From contig OZ219754.1 of assembly GCA_964291295.2 (NCBI GenBank), positions 1,088,001 through 1,152,000 on the forward strand: DNA of 64,000 nt, given 5' to 3'. The notes under the pieces were generated by a model. That model saw only the letters and a list, made by a program, of their open reading frames with translations, did not search any database and was not told where the DNA came from. Shown here one piece after another: positions 38,433 to 48,915 of the stretch; positions within the stretch are counted from its first letter, which is position 1, and every line of letters starts with the position of its first letter. A program made the position numbers and the translations under genes. The stretch is from an uncultured Candidatus Binatia bacterium (GTDB lineage: Bacteria; Desulfobacterota; Binatia; UBA9968; JAJDTQ01).

Positions 38433-39017
38433 ATGACACTCGAAACCGCAGTCGCCCTTGCCACCATTGCCGGGCCGCTGGTGGCGCTGGTCGTCGGGGT
38501 CGCTCAAGTCGGAATCGTGGCCTATGGAATCCGGACCATGGTCCGGACCACGGACCGGAGGGCGGAGCAGGCAGCGGAGCAGGCAGCGGAGTCCAAGCGC
38601 CGCCACGCCGAACGCATGGAATCGCTGCGTGCGATGGTCCGGGGCATGGACCGGAGGGCGGAGCAGGCAGCGGAGCAGGCAGCAAAGCAGGAAGAGGAGT
38701 CCAAGCGCCGCCATGCCGAGAGCATGGAGTCGCTGCGTGCGATGGTTCAGGGCATGGACCGGAGGGCGGAGCAGGCAGCGGAGCAGGCAGCAAAGCAGGA
38801 AGAGGAGTCCAAGCGCCGCCATGCCGAGAGCATGGAATCGCTGCGTGCGATGGTCCGGGGCATGGACCGGAGGGCGGAGCAGGCAGCGGAGCAGGCAGAG
38901 GAGTCCAAACGCCGCCACGTCGAACGCATGGAGTCGCTGCGGGCCACGATCCGGGGCATGGACCAGCAAGCCGAAGCGCTCAAGACCGTCGTCGAGAGAA
39001 TCGGGGGCGGCGCTTAG
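38433..39017 (+). CDS. membrane-anchored protein with tandem 32-36 aa coiled-coil repeats
   Basis: N-terminal hydrophobic helix, then about 4 copies of DRRAEQAAEQAA(KQEE)ESKRRHAESMESLRAMVRGM; GGAGA RBS. Confidence 0.8.
   Translation: MTLETAVALATIAGPLVALVVGVAQVGIVAYGIRTMVRTTDRRAEQAAEQAAESKRRHAERMESLRAMVRGMDRRAEQAAEQAAKQEEESKRRHAESMESLRAMVQGMDRRAEQAAEQAAKQEEESKRRHAESMESLRAMVRGMDRRAEQAAEQAEESKRRHVERMESLRATIRGMDQQAEALKTVVERIGGGA
38553..38965 (+). repeat. 96/108-bp coding tandem repeat, about 4 units
   Basis: Near-identical GACCGGAGGGCGGAGCAGGCAGCGGAGCAGGCAG... units differing by a 12-bp in-frame block. Confidence 0.92.
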
Positions 39018-39046
39018 CCGACTGGTTCCGGAAGGGGAATCCGTCC

Positions 39047-39240
39047 ATGTACGCCACCGCCGTCCCCACCGCCGAGGCCGTTGCCGTCCCTGGAACCGCC
39101 CGCAGGCTCACGGTCGCGTCCGTCTCGGAGAACACGCGCCGGGCCTGCGACGTCGCCCTTGCCCGCCTTGACGGCCGGCCGCTCACGAACGCGCGCCTGT
39201 CCAACCGGCATGGCCATTCGCCAACGCCGCATCCGTGGTG
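39047..39240 (+). pseudogene. N-terminal remnant of a tyrosine recombinase/integrase
   Basis: MYATAVPT...ASVSENTRRAC..ALARLDGRPLTNARL...GHSP resembles the SxNTRRAY N-terminal domain of Cre-like integrases; no catalytic domain follows. Confidence 0.55.
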
Positions 39241-39462
39241 GATGTGGCCACCGCTGGCGACCATCTCCGCATGTCCGATGCCGCGCGGTGCGAGACCGCG
39301 CCTTCCCTCGCCCGTACGCCCGGCCACGGCGCGCCGGTGACATTCCCGCATGCCATCTGCTATGGAGATGCTTCGGGCGGCTCGACGACGGATACGGTCT
39401 CGACCGGCTGTCCCGCGGCTCCGGCCTCCGGAGCGAGGCGGGCTGCACCGGGCGATGAACTC

Positions 39463-40905
39463 ATGAAGGCATTCGACTACGACGTCATCGTGATCGGCAG
39501 CGGTCCCGCCGGCTACACCGCCGCCATGCAGGCGTGCGGGCTTGGTGCCAAGGTGGCCATCCTCGAGCGGCAGGAGACCTTGGGCGGCACCACGCTCCTC
39601 TCGGGCACCATCCCCAGCAAGACCCTGCGCGAAGCCATCCTCTACCTTCGCGGGGTCCGCCAGCGTTCCTTCTACGGCACCGACTTCACCGAAAAAAAGA
39701 ATATAACGCTCGCGGATCTGTTCGTCCGCGTACGCAAGGTGGTCGAGCGGCGGGTGGCGCGGATGGAAGAGCAGATCCAGGCCTGTTGCGAAGGGAACCG
39801 CGTCGATGTCTTCCGCGGCTATCATGCCACCGTGGACGGCCCCAACTCGGTGCACGCCTGGGTGCTCAGGAATCCCATGGAGTCCGTCGACCTGAAAGGG
39901 GAGAAGATCATCATCGCCGCGGGGTCGAGGCCCCGGTTCGTCCCCGACATCCCCATCGACAACGAGGTCATATTCGACTCCGACTCCGTGTTCACCCTGG
40001 AGTTGAAGCGCACGGCTCTGCCGGAATCGCTGATCGTGGTCGGCGCGGGGGTCATCGGCGCCGAGTACGGCTCGGCGTTCGCGGTCCTCGGCTGCAAGGT
40101 ATCGCTGATCCAGCGCGACCACGCCTTTCTCACCTTCGCCGAACGTCCCATCGTGGAGATGCTGATCCGGCGCATGGAGGACGACGGCGTGGAGTTCGTC
40201 TGGGACACCTGGTACGACCGGATCGAGCGGCTGCCCGGACCGGCAGGGAAGGCACGGGTCGCCCTCACCGACGGCCGGGTGCTGGAGGCGGACGCGGTGA
40301 TCGTGGCCAGCGGCCGCGAGGTGGCTTCAAGGGTGCTGGGGCTGGAGGACGTGGGCGTCGAGACGACGGCCCACGGCCTGCTCAAGGTCAACGAATTGTT
40401 CCAGACCTCGGTGCCGAGCATTCATGCGGCCGGCGACGTGGTGGGCTTCCCGGCGCTGGCCTCCACCAGCAGCGAGCAGGGCCGCATGGCCGCCAACTAC
40501 GCCCTCGGCCGCCGGGCGGGAGGGCGCCGGACGCTGTTCCCCATGTGCGTCTACACCATCCCCGAGATCGCCATGGTGGGCTATACGCAACAGGAGCTCG
40601 ACACGAAGGGAATCCCTTACGCCAAGGGGGCGGCCACCTACGAGGAGGTCACCAGGGCCGGCATAATCGGCGATCCCCACGGGATGCTGACGCTGCTGTT
40701 CGAGCCCAATGGCTGGCATCTGCTGGGCGTACACATCATCGGCGATCAGGCCTGCGAACTGATCCATATCGGCCAGGCGGTGATGAGCTACAACGGCACC
40801 ATCGATTACTTCATAGACAACGTGTTCAACTTCCCCACCATGGGGGAAGCTTACAAGCTCGCCGCTCTCGACGGGGTGAGACAGCTTGGCGGAACCGCGT
40901 CCTGA
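39463..40905 (+). CDS. sthA: soluble pyridine nucleotide transhydrogenase-like flavoprotein
   Basis: IGSGPAG, GTIPSKTLREA, GAGVIGAEY, GDVVGFPALAS, YTIPEI and FNFPTMGEAYK motifs; start ATG 39463. Confidence 0.88.
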   Translation: MKAFDYDVIVIGSGPAGYTAAMQACGLGAKVAILERQETLGGTTLLSGTIPSKTLREAILYLRGVRQRSFYGTDFTEKKNITLADLFVRVRKVVERRVARMEEQIQACCEGNRVDVFRGYHATVDGPNSVHAWVLRNPMESVDLKGEKIIIAAGSRPRFVPDIPIDNEVIFDSDSVFTLELKRTALPESLIVVGAGVIGAEYGSAFAVLGCKVSLIQRDHAFLTFAERPIVEMLIRRMEDDGVEFVWDTWYDRIERLPGPAGKARVALTDGRVLEADAVIVASGREVASRVLGLEDVGVETTAHGLLKVNELFQTSVPSIHAAGDVVGFPALASTSSEQGRMAANYALGRRAGGRRTLFPMCVYTIPEIAMVGYTQQELDTKGIPYAKGAATYEEVTRAGIIGDPHGMLTLLFEPNGWHLLGVHIIGDQACELIHIGQAVMSYNGTIDYFIDNVFNFPTMGEAYKLAALDGVRQLGGTAS

Positions 40906-41181
40906 GGCGGGAGCACCTCTGCCTCTCAAACCGATTGTCATGGAAAGCCCCGTGGTGTATGGGTGGAATCAGCCGGAGTCGCCGAGCCCCGTCACCCGTC
41001 ACGTCGTCAATGAAGCGGGCTTCGGCGTCAGGCAGGATGACTCGGGCACAGGAACTGCCTGGAATTTTTTGGCACTGCCTGGATCTGTTGTCGGCAGGCA
41101 TTGCCGGTGGTGGAGCCGTCGTTGGTGCGGCCTTCGGTCGTGCAGCAGGATCCGTGACCGACTATCCGGAGGGAGAAAGCC

Positions 41182-42372
41182 ATGAGCAAGCTGACCGCCG
41201 TCATGTTGACCTTGTTCGTTTCGATGTCCGCGGGCGCGGCCTTCGGGGCCGACATCAAGCTGGGCGTCGTTTTCGGTTATACCGGCCCCATCGAGTCGCT
41301 GACCCCCAACATGCAGGCTGCTGCCGAGCTTGCGATCAAGGAGGTCAGTGACAGCGGCGCGTTGCTGGGCGGCCGGAAGGTCGTCTCCGTGCCGGCCGAC
41401 TCCACCTGCGTCGATACCGCGGCCGGTTCCGCGGCCACCGAGCGGATCGTGACCTCGGACAAGGTGAACGCCATTGTCGGCGGCGACTGCTCGGGTGTGA
41501 CCCTGGCCATGCTCGAGAACGTGGCCAAGCCCAACGGAATCGTCATGATCTCGCCGTCCGCCACTTCGCCGTCCCTGTCCACCGTCGAGGACAACGGTCT
41601 GTTTTTCCGGACCGCTCCTTCGGACGCGCGTCAGGGCCAGATCGTTGCCGCCATCCTGAAAGAGATGGGCATCGGCGAGGCGGCGCTGACATACACCAAC
41701 AATGACTACGGCAAGGGTCTGGCGGACCACATTGCCGCGAATGTGAAGGAGCACGGCGGCAAGCTCACGTTCGTTGCGCCCCATGAGGACGGCAAGGGCG
41801 ACTACAGTGCCGAGGTGGCGGCGCTGGCCGCGGCGGGCGGCGACATCCTGATCGTGGCAGGCTACCTGGACAAGGGCGGCAAGGGCATCATCCGGGGCGC
41901 CCTGGACACCGGGGCCTTCGACAGATTCTATCTGCCCGACGGCATGATCGGCGAAAAGCTGGTGGAGGAGTTCGGCAAGGATCTCGAGGGCGCCATCGGC
42001 GCCTATCCGGACAGCGACAGTCCGGGAGCGACCATGTTCGAGAAGCTCGCGGAGGCGGCCAGCCTCAAGGCCCACAGCCCGTTCGCGAAGGAATCGTATG
42101 ACGCCGCCGCCCTGATCATGCTGGCCATGCAGGCGGCCGGGTCAGCCGACAGCGGCAAGCTCAAGGACAAGGTCATGATGGTGGCCAACGCGCCGGGCGA
42201 GAAGATCTATCCGGGCCAACTGGCCAAGGCACTGGGGATCCTCGCGGACGGCGGCGACGTGGACTACGTGGGCGCGTCGGCGGTGGAACTGATCGGGCCG
42301 GGCGAGAGCGCCGGCAGCTATCGCCAGGTCGTCGTCAAGGACGGCAGGTTCGAGACGGTCAAGTTCTGGTAG
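41182..42372 (+). CDS. branched-chain amino acid ABC transporter substrate-binding protein
   Basis: Signal peptide; SPSATSP, FFRTAPSD and NNDYGKG motifs. Confidence 0.92.
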   Translation: MSKLTAVMLTLFVSMSAGAAFGADIKLGVVFGYTGPIESLTPNMQAAAELAIKEVSDSGALLGGRKVVSVPADSTCVDTAAGSAATERIVTSDKVNAIVGGDCSGVTLAMLENVAKPNGIVMISPSATSPSLSTVEDNGLFFRTAPSDARQGQIVAAILKEMGIGEAALTYTNNDYGKGLADHIAANVKEHGGKLTFVAPHEDGKGDYSAEVAALAAAGGDILIVAGYLDKGGKGIIRGALDTGAFDRFYLPDGMIGEKLVEEFGKDLEGAIGAYPDSDSPGATMFEKLAEAASLKAHSPFAKESYDAAALIMLAMQAAGSADSGKLKDKVMMVANAPGEKIYPGQLAKALGILADGGDVDYVGASAVELIGPGESAGSYRQVVVKDGRFETVKFW

Positions 42373-42511
42373 CCACGGTAGCGGGCGGGCGGATGCGATC
42401 CCGGACCTGTCGTTCGCGCATGCGCCGGAACGATGTGCGCGCGCATCCGCCGGAGGCTGCGGGCAGGCGATTCCCGCCGCTTCCGGCGGGCTGACGGAAC
42501 GCCACGCGTCG

Positions 42512-43287
<776 letters not shown>

Positions 43288-43291
<4 letters not shown>

Positions 43292-43992
43292 GCCTGCTGG
43301 TGGGCGAGGCGCTGACCGGGGGCTATGGCGGCCCGGACATCCTGCATGGCTGCGCCATTGCCGCGGAGCGTGGAGATATCACCGTGGTGGTGGGTCCCAA
43401 CGGCGCCGGCAAGTCCACCGCCATGCGAGCCCTCTTCGGCATGCTGCGGCTTCGCTCGGGGACGGTGCATCTGGATGACGAGGACATCACCGCGCTGGCA
43501 CCCCAGGCCCGGGCGCGCCGCGGCATGGGTTTCGTTCCACAGACCGACAACGTGTTCCGCTCCATGACGGTCCAGGAGAATCTGGAGATGGGCGCCTTCG
43601 TCCGCAAGGACGACATCTCGGGCACCCTCGCCGAGGTCTACAGTCTGTTCCCGGTGCTCCGGGAGCGGCGCCGTCAGCCCGCCGGCGAGCTGTCCGGGGG
43701 CCAGCGCCAGCAGGTGGCCATCGGCCGGGCGCTGATGAACCGCCCCCGCGTGCTCATGCTTGACGAGCCCACCGCCGGCGTGTCGCCCATCGTCACCCGC
43801 GAGCTTTTCGAACGGATCATCGACATTGCCCGGAGCGGCGTCGCCGTCCTCATCGTCGAGCAGAACGCGCGCCAGGCGCTGGAGCTGGCGGACAAGGGTT
43901 ACGTACTGGTGCAGGGCCGGAACCGCTTCACCGGCACCGGGGCGTTGCTGCTGGCCAATCCGGAGGTCCGGCAGTCGTTTCTCAGAGGGTGA
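43288..43992 (+). CDS. ABC transporter ATP-binding protein (LivF-like)
   Basis: GPNGAGKST, LSGGQ, DEPTAG and VEQN motifs; ATGA overlap. Confidence 0.93.
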
Positions 43993-43995
43993 CCG

Positions 43996-45009
43996 TTGCA
44001 GGACATCTTCAACGCGGTCGTGCTCCTCGCCAACTTCCTGGTGGTTCCCGCCACCGCCTACGGCTGCCAGCTCGCCCTCGGTGCGCTCGGCGTCACCCTG
44101 GTGTACGGCGTCCTTCGCTTCTCCAATTTCGCCCACGGTGAGATCATGGCCTTCGGTGCCATGGCCACCATCCTCGTCACCTGGCTGCTGCAGTCCTGGG
44201 GCGTGGGCCTCGGGCCGCTGCCCACGGCGCTGCTGGCGTTGCCCGCGGGGATGGCGGCGACCGTCGGCCTCTGTCTCCTGACGGACCGCTGGGTATTCCG
44301 TTTCTACCGGCGCACCAAGGCGCCGCCGGTGATCCTGCTGGTGGCGTCCGTGGGGGTCATGTTCGTCATCAACGGGCTCATCCGTTTCGTCATCGGCCCC
44401 GAGGACAGGGTGTTCACCGACGGCAGCCGCTTCCTGCTCACGGTGCGGGAGTTCAAGGCCCTCACCGGGCTGGCCGAGGGACTCGCCCTCAAGACCACCC
44501 AGGTTCTCAGCATGGTGGTGGCGGTGGTGCTGGTGGCGGCGCTCTTCTGGTTCCTTGAAAGGACCCGCACCGGCAAGTCCATGCGCGCCTACTCGGACAA
44601 CGAGGATCTCGCCCTGCTGTCCGGGGTGAGCCCGGAACGGGTGGTGGCGGTCACCTGGCTCATCGTCGGCGCCCTCGCGGCGGTGGCGGGAACGCTCTAC
44701 AGCCTCGACAAGAGCTTCGCCCCGTTCACCTTTCTGGGGCTGCTCCTGCCCGTATTCGCGGCCGCCATCGTGGGAGGCCTCGGCAATCCCCTGGGCGCCA
44801 TCGTGGGCGGCTTCGTGGTGGCCTTCTCCGAAGTGTTCCTCACCTATCCCTACCGGAAGTTCCTGGCCTACCTGGGGCCGGAGGGCTGGCGCCCGGACGG
44901 ATTGGTGCAGTTCCTCTCCACCGACTACAAGTTCGCGGTGTCGTTTTTCATCCTGGTGGTGGTGCTGCTGATGAAGCCCACCGGGATCTTCAGCGGGAAG
45001 TCGTCATGA
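43996..45009 (+). CDS. branched-chain amino acid ABC permease (LivH-like)
   Basis: NFAHGE, GKSMRA and AAIVGGLG motifs. Confidence 0.92.
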   Translation: MQDIFNAVVLLANFLVVPATAYGCQLALGALGVTLVYGVLRFSNFAHGEIMAFGAMATILVTWLLQSWGVGLGPLPTALLALPAGMAATVGLCLLTDRWVFRFYRRTKAPPVILLVASVGVMFVINGLIRFVIGPEDRVFTDGSRFLLTVREFKALTGLAEGLALKTTQVLSMVVAVVLVAALFWFLERTRTGKSMRAYSDNEDLALLSGVSPERVVAVTWLIVGALAAVAGTLYSLDKSFAPFTFLGLLLPVFAAAIVGGLGNPLGAIVGGFVVAFSEVFLTYPYRKFLAYLGPEGWRPDGLVQFLSTDYKFAVSFFILVVVLLMKPTGIFSGKSS

Positions 45010-46358
45010 GCGGTGCTGCCGCACCCCTGCTCGCGTGCATCGGCCGGCTGCCGCGGGTTCCCCGCAAGCCGCTCCTGTTCAGCATCATGGCGGTCCTGCT
45101 CTGCCTCGTGGGGGCGGTCCAGAGCTGGTCTCTGGCGCTGGCGATCCTGAACCTGTGCCTGATCTCGGCCATCATGTCCCTGGGTGTGAACATGCAGTGG
45201 GGCTACGCCGGTCTGTTCAACTCCGGGGTCATGGGCTTCGCCGCCCTGGGTGGGCTGGCGGGGGTGCTGATGGCCATGCCGCCGGTGGCGGCCGCCTGGC
45301 GGGTGGGCGGCGCGGGCGTGGTGCTGGCGCTGGCGTTGGCGCTTCTCACCCTGGTGGCGGCGATGCGCGTCCGCCGGCGGGTGTGCCACCCGGGCTGGCG
45401 CAAGTTCGGCGTGGCGGTGGTGGTGGCGGCGGGCTACTTCGCGGCCCGGGCGCTGTTCGAGCCCGCGGTGCGCGCCATTGAGGCGGTGGAGCCGTCCGTG
45501 ACCGGCTACCTCGGCGGTTTCGGCCTGCCCATCGTCCTGTCCTGGCTCGCGGGCGGGGCGCTGGCCGCGGGCGCGGCCTGGGCCGCCGGAAGGCTCAGTC
45601 TCGGGCTGCGCGCCGACTATCTCGCCATCGCCACCCTGGGCATTTCCGAGATCGTCGTCGCCTTCCTGAAGTACGAGGAATGGCTGGCCCGGGGAGTCAA
45701 GAACGTCACCGGGCTGCCGCGTCCGGTGCCCTACGAGGTGGACCTGCAGGGCGCCGTGTGGTTCCAGTCCTGGGCGGCAAGCCTGAGCGTGTCGCCGGTG
45801 GACCTGTCGTCCATCGTGGTGAAGCTCTGCTACGCCAGCCTGTTCATCGTGGTGCTGGCGATACTGATGTGGCTCGCGGAAGCGGCGCTGCGGGCGCCTT
45901 GGGGACGGATGATGCGCGCCATCCGGGACAACGAGGTCGCGGCCGAGGCCATGGGCAAGGATGTCACCGCCCGACACCTCCAGATCTTCGTGCTCGGCTC
46001 GGCGGTGGTGGGCATCGCCGGCGCGATGCTGGTTACCCTGGACGGGCAGTTCACGCCCAACACCTATCAACCGCTGCGCTTCACCTTTCTCATCTGGGTC
46101 ATGGTCATCGTCGGCGGCTCCGGCAACAACTGGGGCGCCGCGCTCGGCGGCTTCGTGGTATGGTACGTCTGGGTGGAAGCCGAACCTGCGGGCCTGTGGC
46201 TGATGGCGCTCATCACCTCTCCGCTGTCCCCCGAGAACCCCGTCAGGATGCACCTGGTGGAGAGCGCCGCCCACATGCGCCACGTGGTCATGGGGCTGGT
46301 GCTGCTGCTGGTCCTGCGCTTCGCGCCCCGCGGACTGATTCCGGAAGAACGGCGTTAG
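45006..46358 (+). CDS. branched-chain amino acid ABC permease (LivM-like)
   Basis: WGYAGLFN, LRADYLAIATLG, WGRMMRAIRDNE and PRGL motifs. Confidence 0.92.
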   Translation: MSGAAAPLLACIGRLPRVPRKPLLFSIMAVLLCLVGAVQSWSLALAILNLCLISAIMSLGVNMQWGYAGLFNSGVMGFAALGGLAGVLMAMPPVAAAWRVGGAGVVLALALALLTLVAAMRVRRRVCHPGWRKFGVAVVVAAGYFAARALFEPAVRAIEAVEPSVTGYLGGFGLPIVLSWLAGGALAAGAAWAAGRLSLGLRADYLAIATLGISEIVVAFLKYEEWLARGVKNVTGLPRPVPYEVDLQGAVWFQSWAASLSVSPVDLSSIVVKLCYASLFIVVLAILMWLAEAALRAPWGRMMRAIRDNEVAAEAMGKDVTARHLQIFVLGSAVVGIAGAMLVTLDGQFTPNTYQPLRFTFLIWVMVIVGGSGNNWGAALGGFVVWYVWVEAEPAGLWLMALITSPLSPENPVRMHLVESAAHMRHVVMGLVLLLVLRFAPRGLIPEERR

Positions 46359-46678
46359 CGACGGCATGGCATCCAGCCTGGGTCACGGCTCGTGTCCCGG
46401 CAAGGAGACACGCATGACTCTGCGCGACACCCTCTTGTGGACACGGCCGTCTCCATTCCACGAGTACGACGGGGAGAACGACGAGGATCGCCACGCGCGA
46501 GAATCCATGCGGTACAGGCCCCTGGCGCGATTTCTGTTGCTCGTCAGTGACTCTTGCGCGGGAGTCCGAAACGGGAAATGTGCGGACCGGGGAGAGATGA
46601 AAGTTGAAAAACCCGTTGTTCCGCGAAGGCAACGGTGGTAGGGTGCCCGTATTTCAAGCCACTGGAAGGAGGCAAGCC

Positions 46679-47848
46679 ATGAAGCTGAGAGCGCGGTTTA
46701 CGTTGATGATCGGGGCCGTCGCCCTGTTCGCCCTGTCCACGGGCATTTCGGCCCAGACCGTCAAGGTCGGCCTCAACATTCCGCTGACCGGCGACATTCC
46801 CAAGGTCGGCGAGGGTTCCAAGTTCGCGGCCCAGATGTGGCTTGCCGACGTGAACGGCGCCGGCGGCCTTGAGGTCGGGGGCAAGAAACACCAGGTGGAG
46901 TTGGTCATCGAGGACAACGAGTCCAAGGCCGAGTCCGCGGTGAAGGCCAACACCAAGCTGATCACCGAGGACGAGGTGCTGGTCATCGTCGGCCCGCAGT
47001 CCTCCAAGCAGGCGGTTCCCGCGGGCGGCGTGGCGCAGGATCGCGCGACGCCGATGATCAGTCCGTGGTCCACCAACCCCAACACCACCAAGGATCGCCC
47101 GTACGTCTTCCGCGCGCCGTTCCTGGATCCGTTCCAGGGGCCGGTGTTGGCGAACTTCATCACCGATGAGTTCAAGTTCACCAAGGCGGCGGTGCTCTAC
47201 GACCAGGCCAGCGACTATCCGAAAGGACTGGCGGAGTTCTTCAAGGGGGCTTGGGAGAAGCTCCACGGCGGCGGTTCGGTGGTGGCCTACGAGAGCTTCA
47301 CCACCAAGGACACGGACTTCAGTTCCCAGCTCACCAAGATACGCAACTCGGGCGCCCAGGTGCTGTTCACGCCCCAGTACTACAACGAGGTGGCGTTGAT
47401 CGTGCAGCAGTCGCGTCAACTCGGCCTGAAGGCCCCCATCGTGGGCAGCGACAGCTGGGGTTCGGCCGAGACGGTGGAACTCTGCGGCAAGGACTGCCAC
47501 GGGGCTTTCTTCAGCACCCACTACGCGGCCGCCGGCGCCACCGGCGCGACCAAGGCGTTCATCGACCGTTACAACAAGGAGTACGGCTACGTACCCGACG
47601 ACGTGGCCGCCCTGACCTGGGACTCTCTGCGCATCGTTGCCACCGCCATCAAGGCCACCGGCGGGCTCACCGGCGACATCCGGAAGGACCGCGAGAACGT
47701 GAAGAACGCCATGGCCGGGATCAAGAAGTTCGCCGGCATCACCGGGAGCATGGCCTTCACGCCGGAGGGCGACCCCGTCAAGTGCGCCGTCATCGTCCGC
47801 ATCAGCGACAAGGGACAGTTCGAGTTCTACAAGTCCGTATGCCCGTAA
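46679..47848 (+). CDS. branched-chain amino acid ABC transporter substrate-binding protein (LivJ/K-like)
   Basis: Signal peptide; PLTG, STNP..T and FRAPFLDPFQG motifs; start ATG 46679 after AGGAGG. Confidence 0.92.
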   Translation: MKLRARFTLMIGAVALFALSTGISAQTVKVGLNIPLTGDIPKVGEGSKFAAQMWLADVNGAGGLEVGGKKHQVELVIEDNESKAESAVKANTKLITEDEVLVIVGPQSSKQAVPAGGVAQDRATPMISPWSTNPNTTKDRPYVFRAPFLDPFQGPVLANFITDEFKFTKAAVLYDQASDYPKGLAEFFKGAWEKLHGGGSVVAYESFTTKDTDFSSQLTKIRNSGAQVLFTPQYYNEVALIVQQSRQLGLKAPIVGSDSWGSAETVELCGKDCHGAFFSTHYAAAGATGATKAFIDRYNKEYGYVPDDVAALTWDSLRIVATAIKATGGLTGDIRKDRENVKNAMAGIKKFAGITGSMAFTPEGDPVKCAVIVRISDKGQFEFYKSVCP

Positions 47849-47982
47849 GCCCGACGGCCGGCCTGCGCGCGTCTGCGGTACCCCGCGCGTAGCGGCCCGG
47901 GTTCGGTTTCGGCAAGGCGAGTCGGGGACAGGGAGTCCCGGCTCGCCTTCCCGAAAGTTCGTGCGGGAAAAGACGGAAACGC

Positions 47983-48906
47983 ATGGCGCTGTTTCTCCAG
48001 AACCTGGTGAACGCCCTGCAATGGGGGAGCTTTTATGCCCTCATCGCCTTGGGCTACTCCATGGTCTACAGCATCCTGATGCTGTTCAACTTCGCCCACG
48101 GCGACATCTTCATGGTGGGCGCCTACATCGGCGTCGGCGTTGCCGCCGTTCTCATCGCCATGGCCGCCCAGGGCGCCTTGGCGCTGCCGCCGTGGCTGAT
48201 CCTGATCCTGACCATCCTGTTCGCCATGGTGCTCACGTCGTTCGTCGGCATGCTGGTGGAGCGGATCGGCTACCGCCCGCTGCGGTCCGCGCCGCGGGCC
48301 TCCGCCGCCATCACCGGTCTGATGATCGGCATCATCCTGGAGACGGGCAATCTGGCCCTGCTCGGGGCCAGGCGGGTGCGCTTCCCCTCCCTCATCGATA
48401 CCACGGTCTACGAACTGGGCGGTGTCTTCATCACCAACACCAAGATCATCATCGTGGTCGTGGCCCTGCTGCTGGCGACGGCCATGCACCTGTTCGTCCG
48501 CAAGACCCGGTGGGGCCTGGCGATGCGGGCCATGGCGTTCGACTATGTGGCGGTGCCGTTGATGGGCGTCTCGGTCAACACCATCGCGGCGCTGACCTTC
48601 GCGCTGGGCTCGGCGCTGGCGGCGGCGGCGGGGATACTCTACGCCCTGGCCTATCCGGTCCTGGATCCCTACATGGGCATCCTGTTCGGCTGGAAGGCGT
48701 TCGTGGCGGCGATCCTGGGCGGGCGGGGCTCGATCATGGGGGCCACGCTGGCGGGCTTCCTGCTCGGTTTCATCGAAATCTTCGTGGCCATGATCTTCCC
48801 TTCCAGCCTGCGCGACCTGATCGCCTACTCCATCGTGCTGCTGATCCTCATCGTCCGGCCGCACGGCTTTTTCGGCGAACCGTACAGCGCCCGTCTGAGG
48901 CTCTGA
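47983..48906 (+). CDS. branched-chain amino acid ABC permease (LivH-like)
   Basis: YALIALGYSMVY, NFAHGD and KAFVAAILGG motifs. Confidence 0.93.
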   Translation: MALFLQNLVNALQWGSFYALIALGYSMVYSILMLFNFAHGDIFMVGAYIGVGVAAVLIAMAAQGALALPPWLILILTILFAMVLTSFVGMLVERIGYRPLRSAPRASAAITGLMIGIILETGNLALLGARRVRFPSLIDTTVYELGGVFITNTKIIIVVVALLLATAMHLFVRKTRWGLAMRAMAFDYVAVPLMGVSVNTIAALTFALGSALAAAAGILYALAYPVLDPYMGILFGWKAFVAAILGGRGSIMGATLAGFLLGFIEIFVAMIFPSSLRDLIAYSIVLLILIVRPHGFFGEPYSARLRL

Positions 48907-48915
48907 GCGTTCGGC

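Noticed and set aside
41044-41060. Sigma54-like GGCACAGGAACTGC upstream of the first ABC operon
   Set aside because: Spacing fits but the flanking consensus is weak and expected by chance at this GC; no activator gene nearby.
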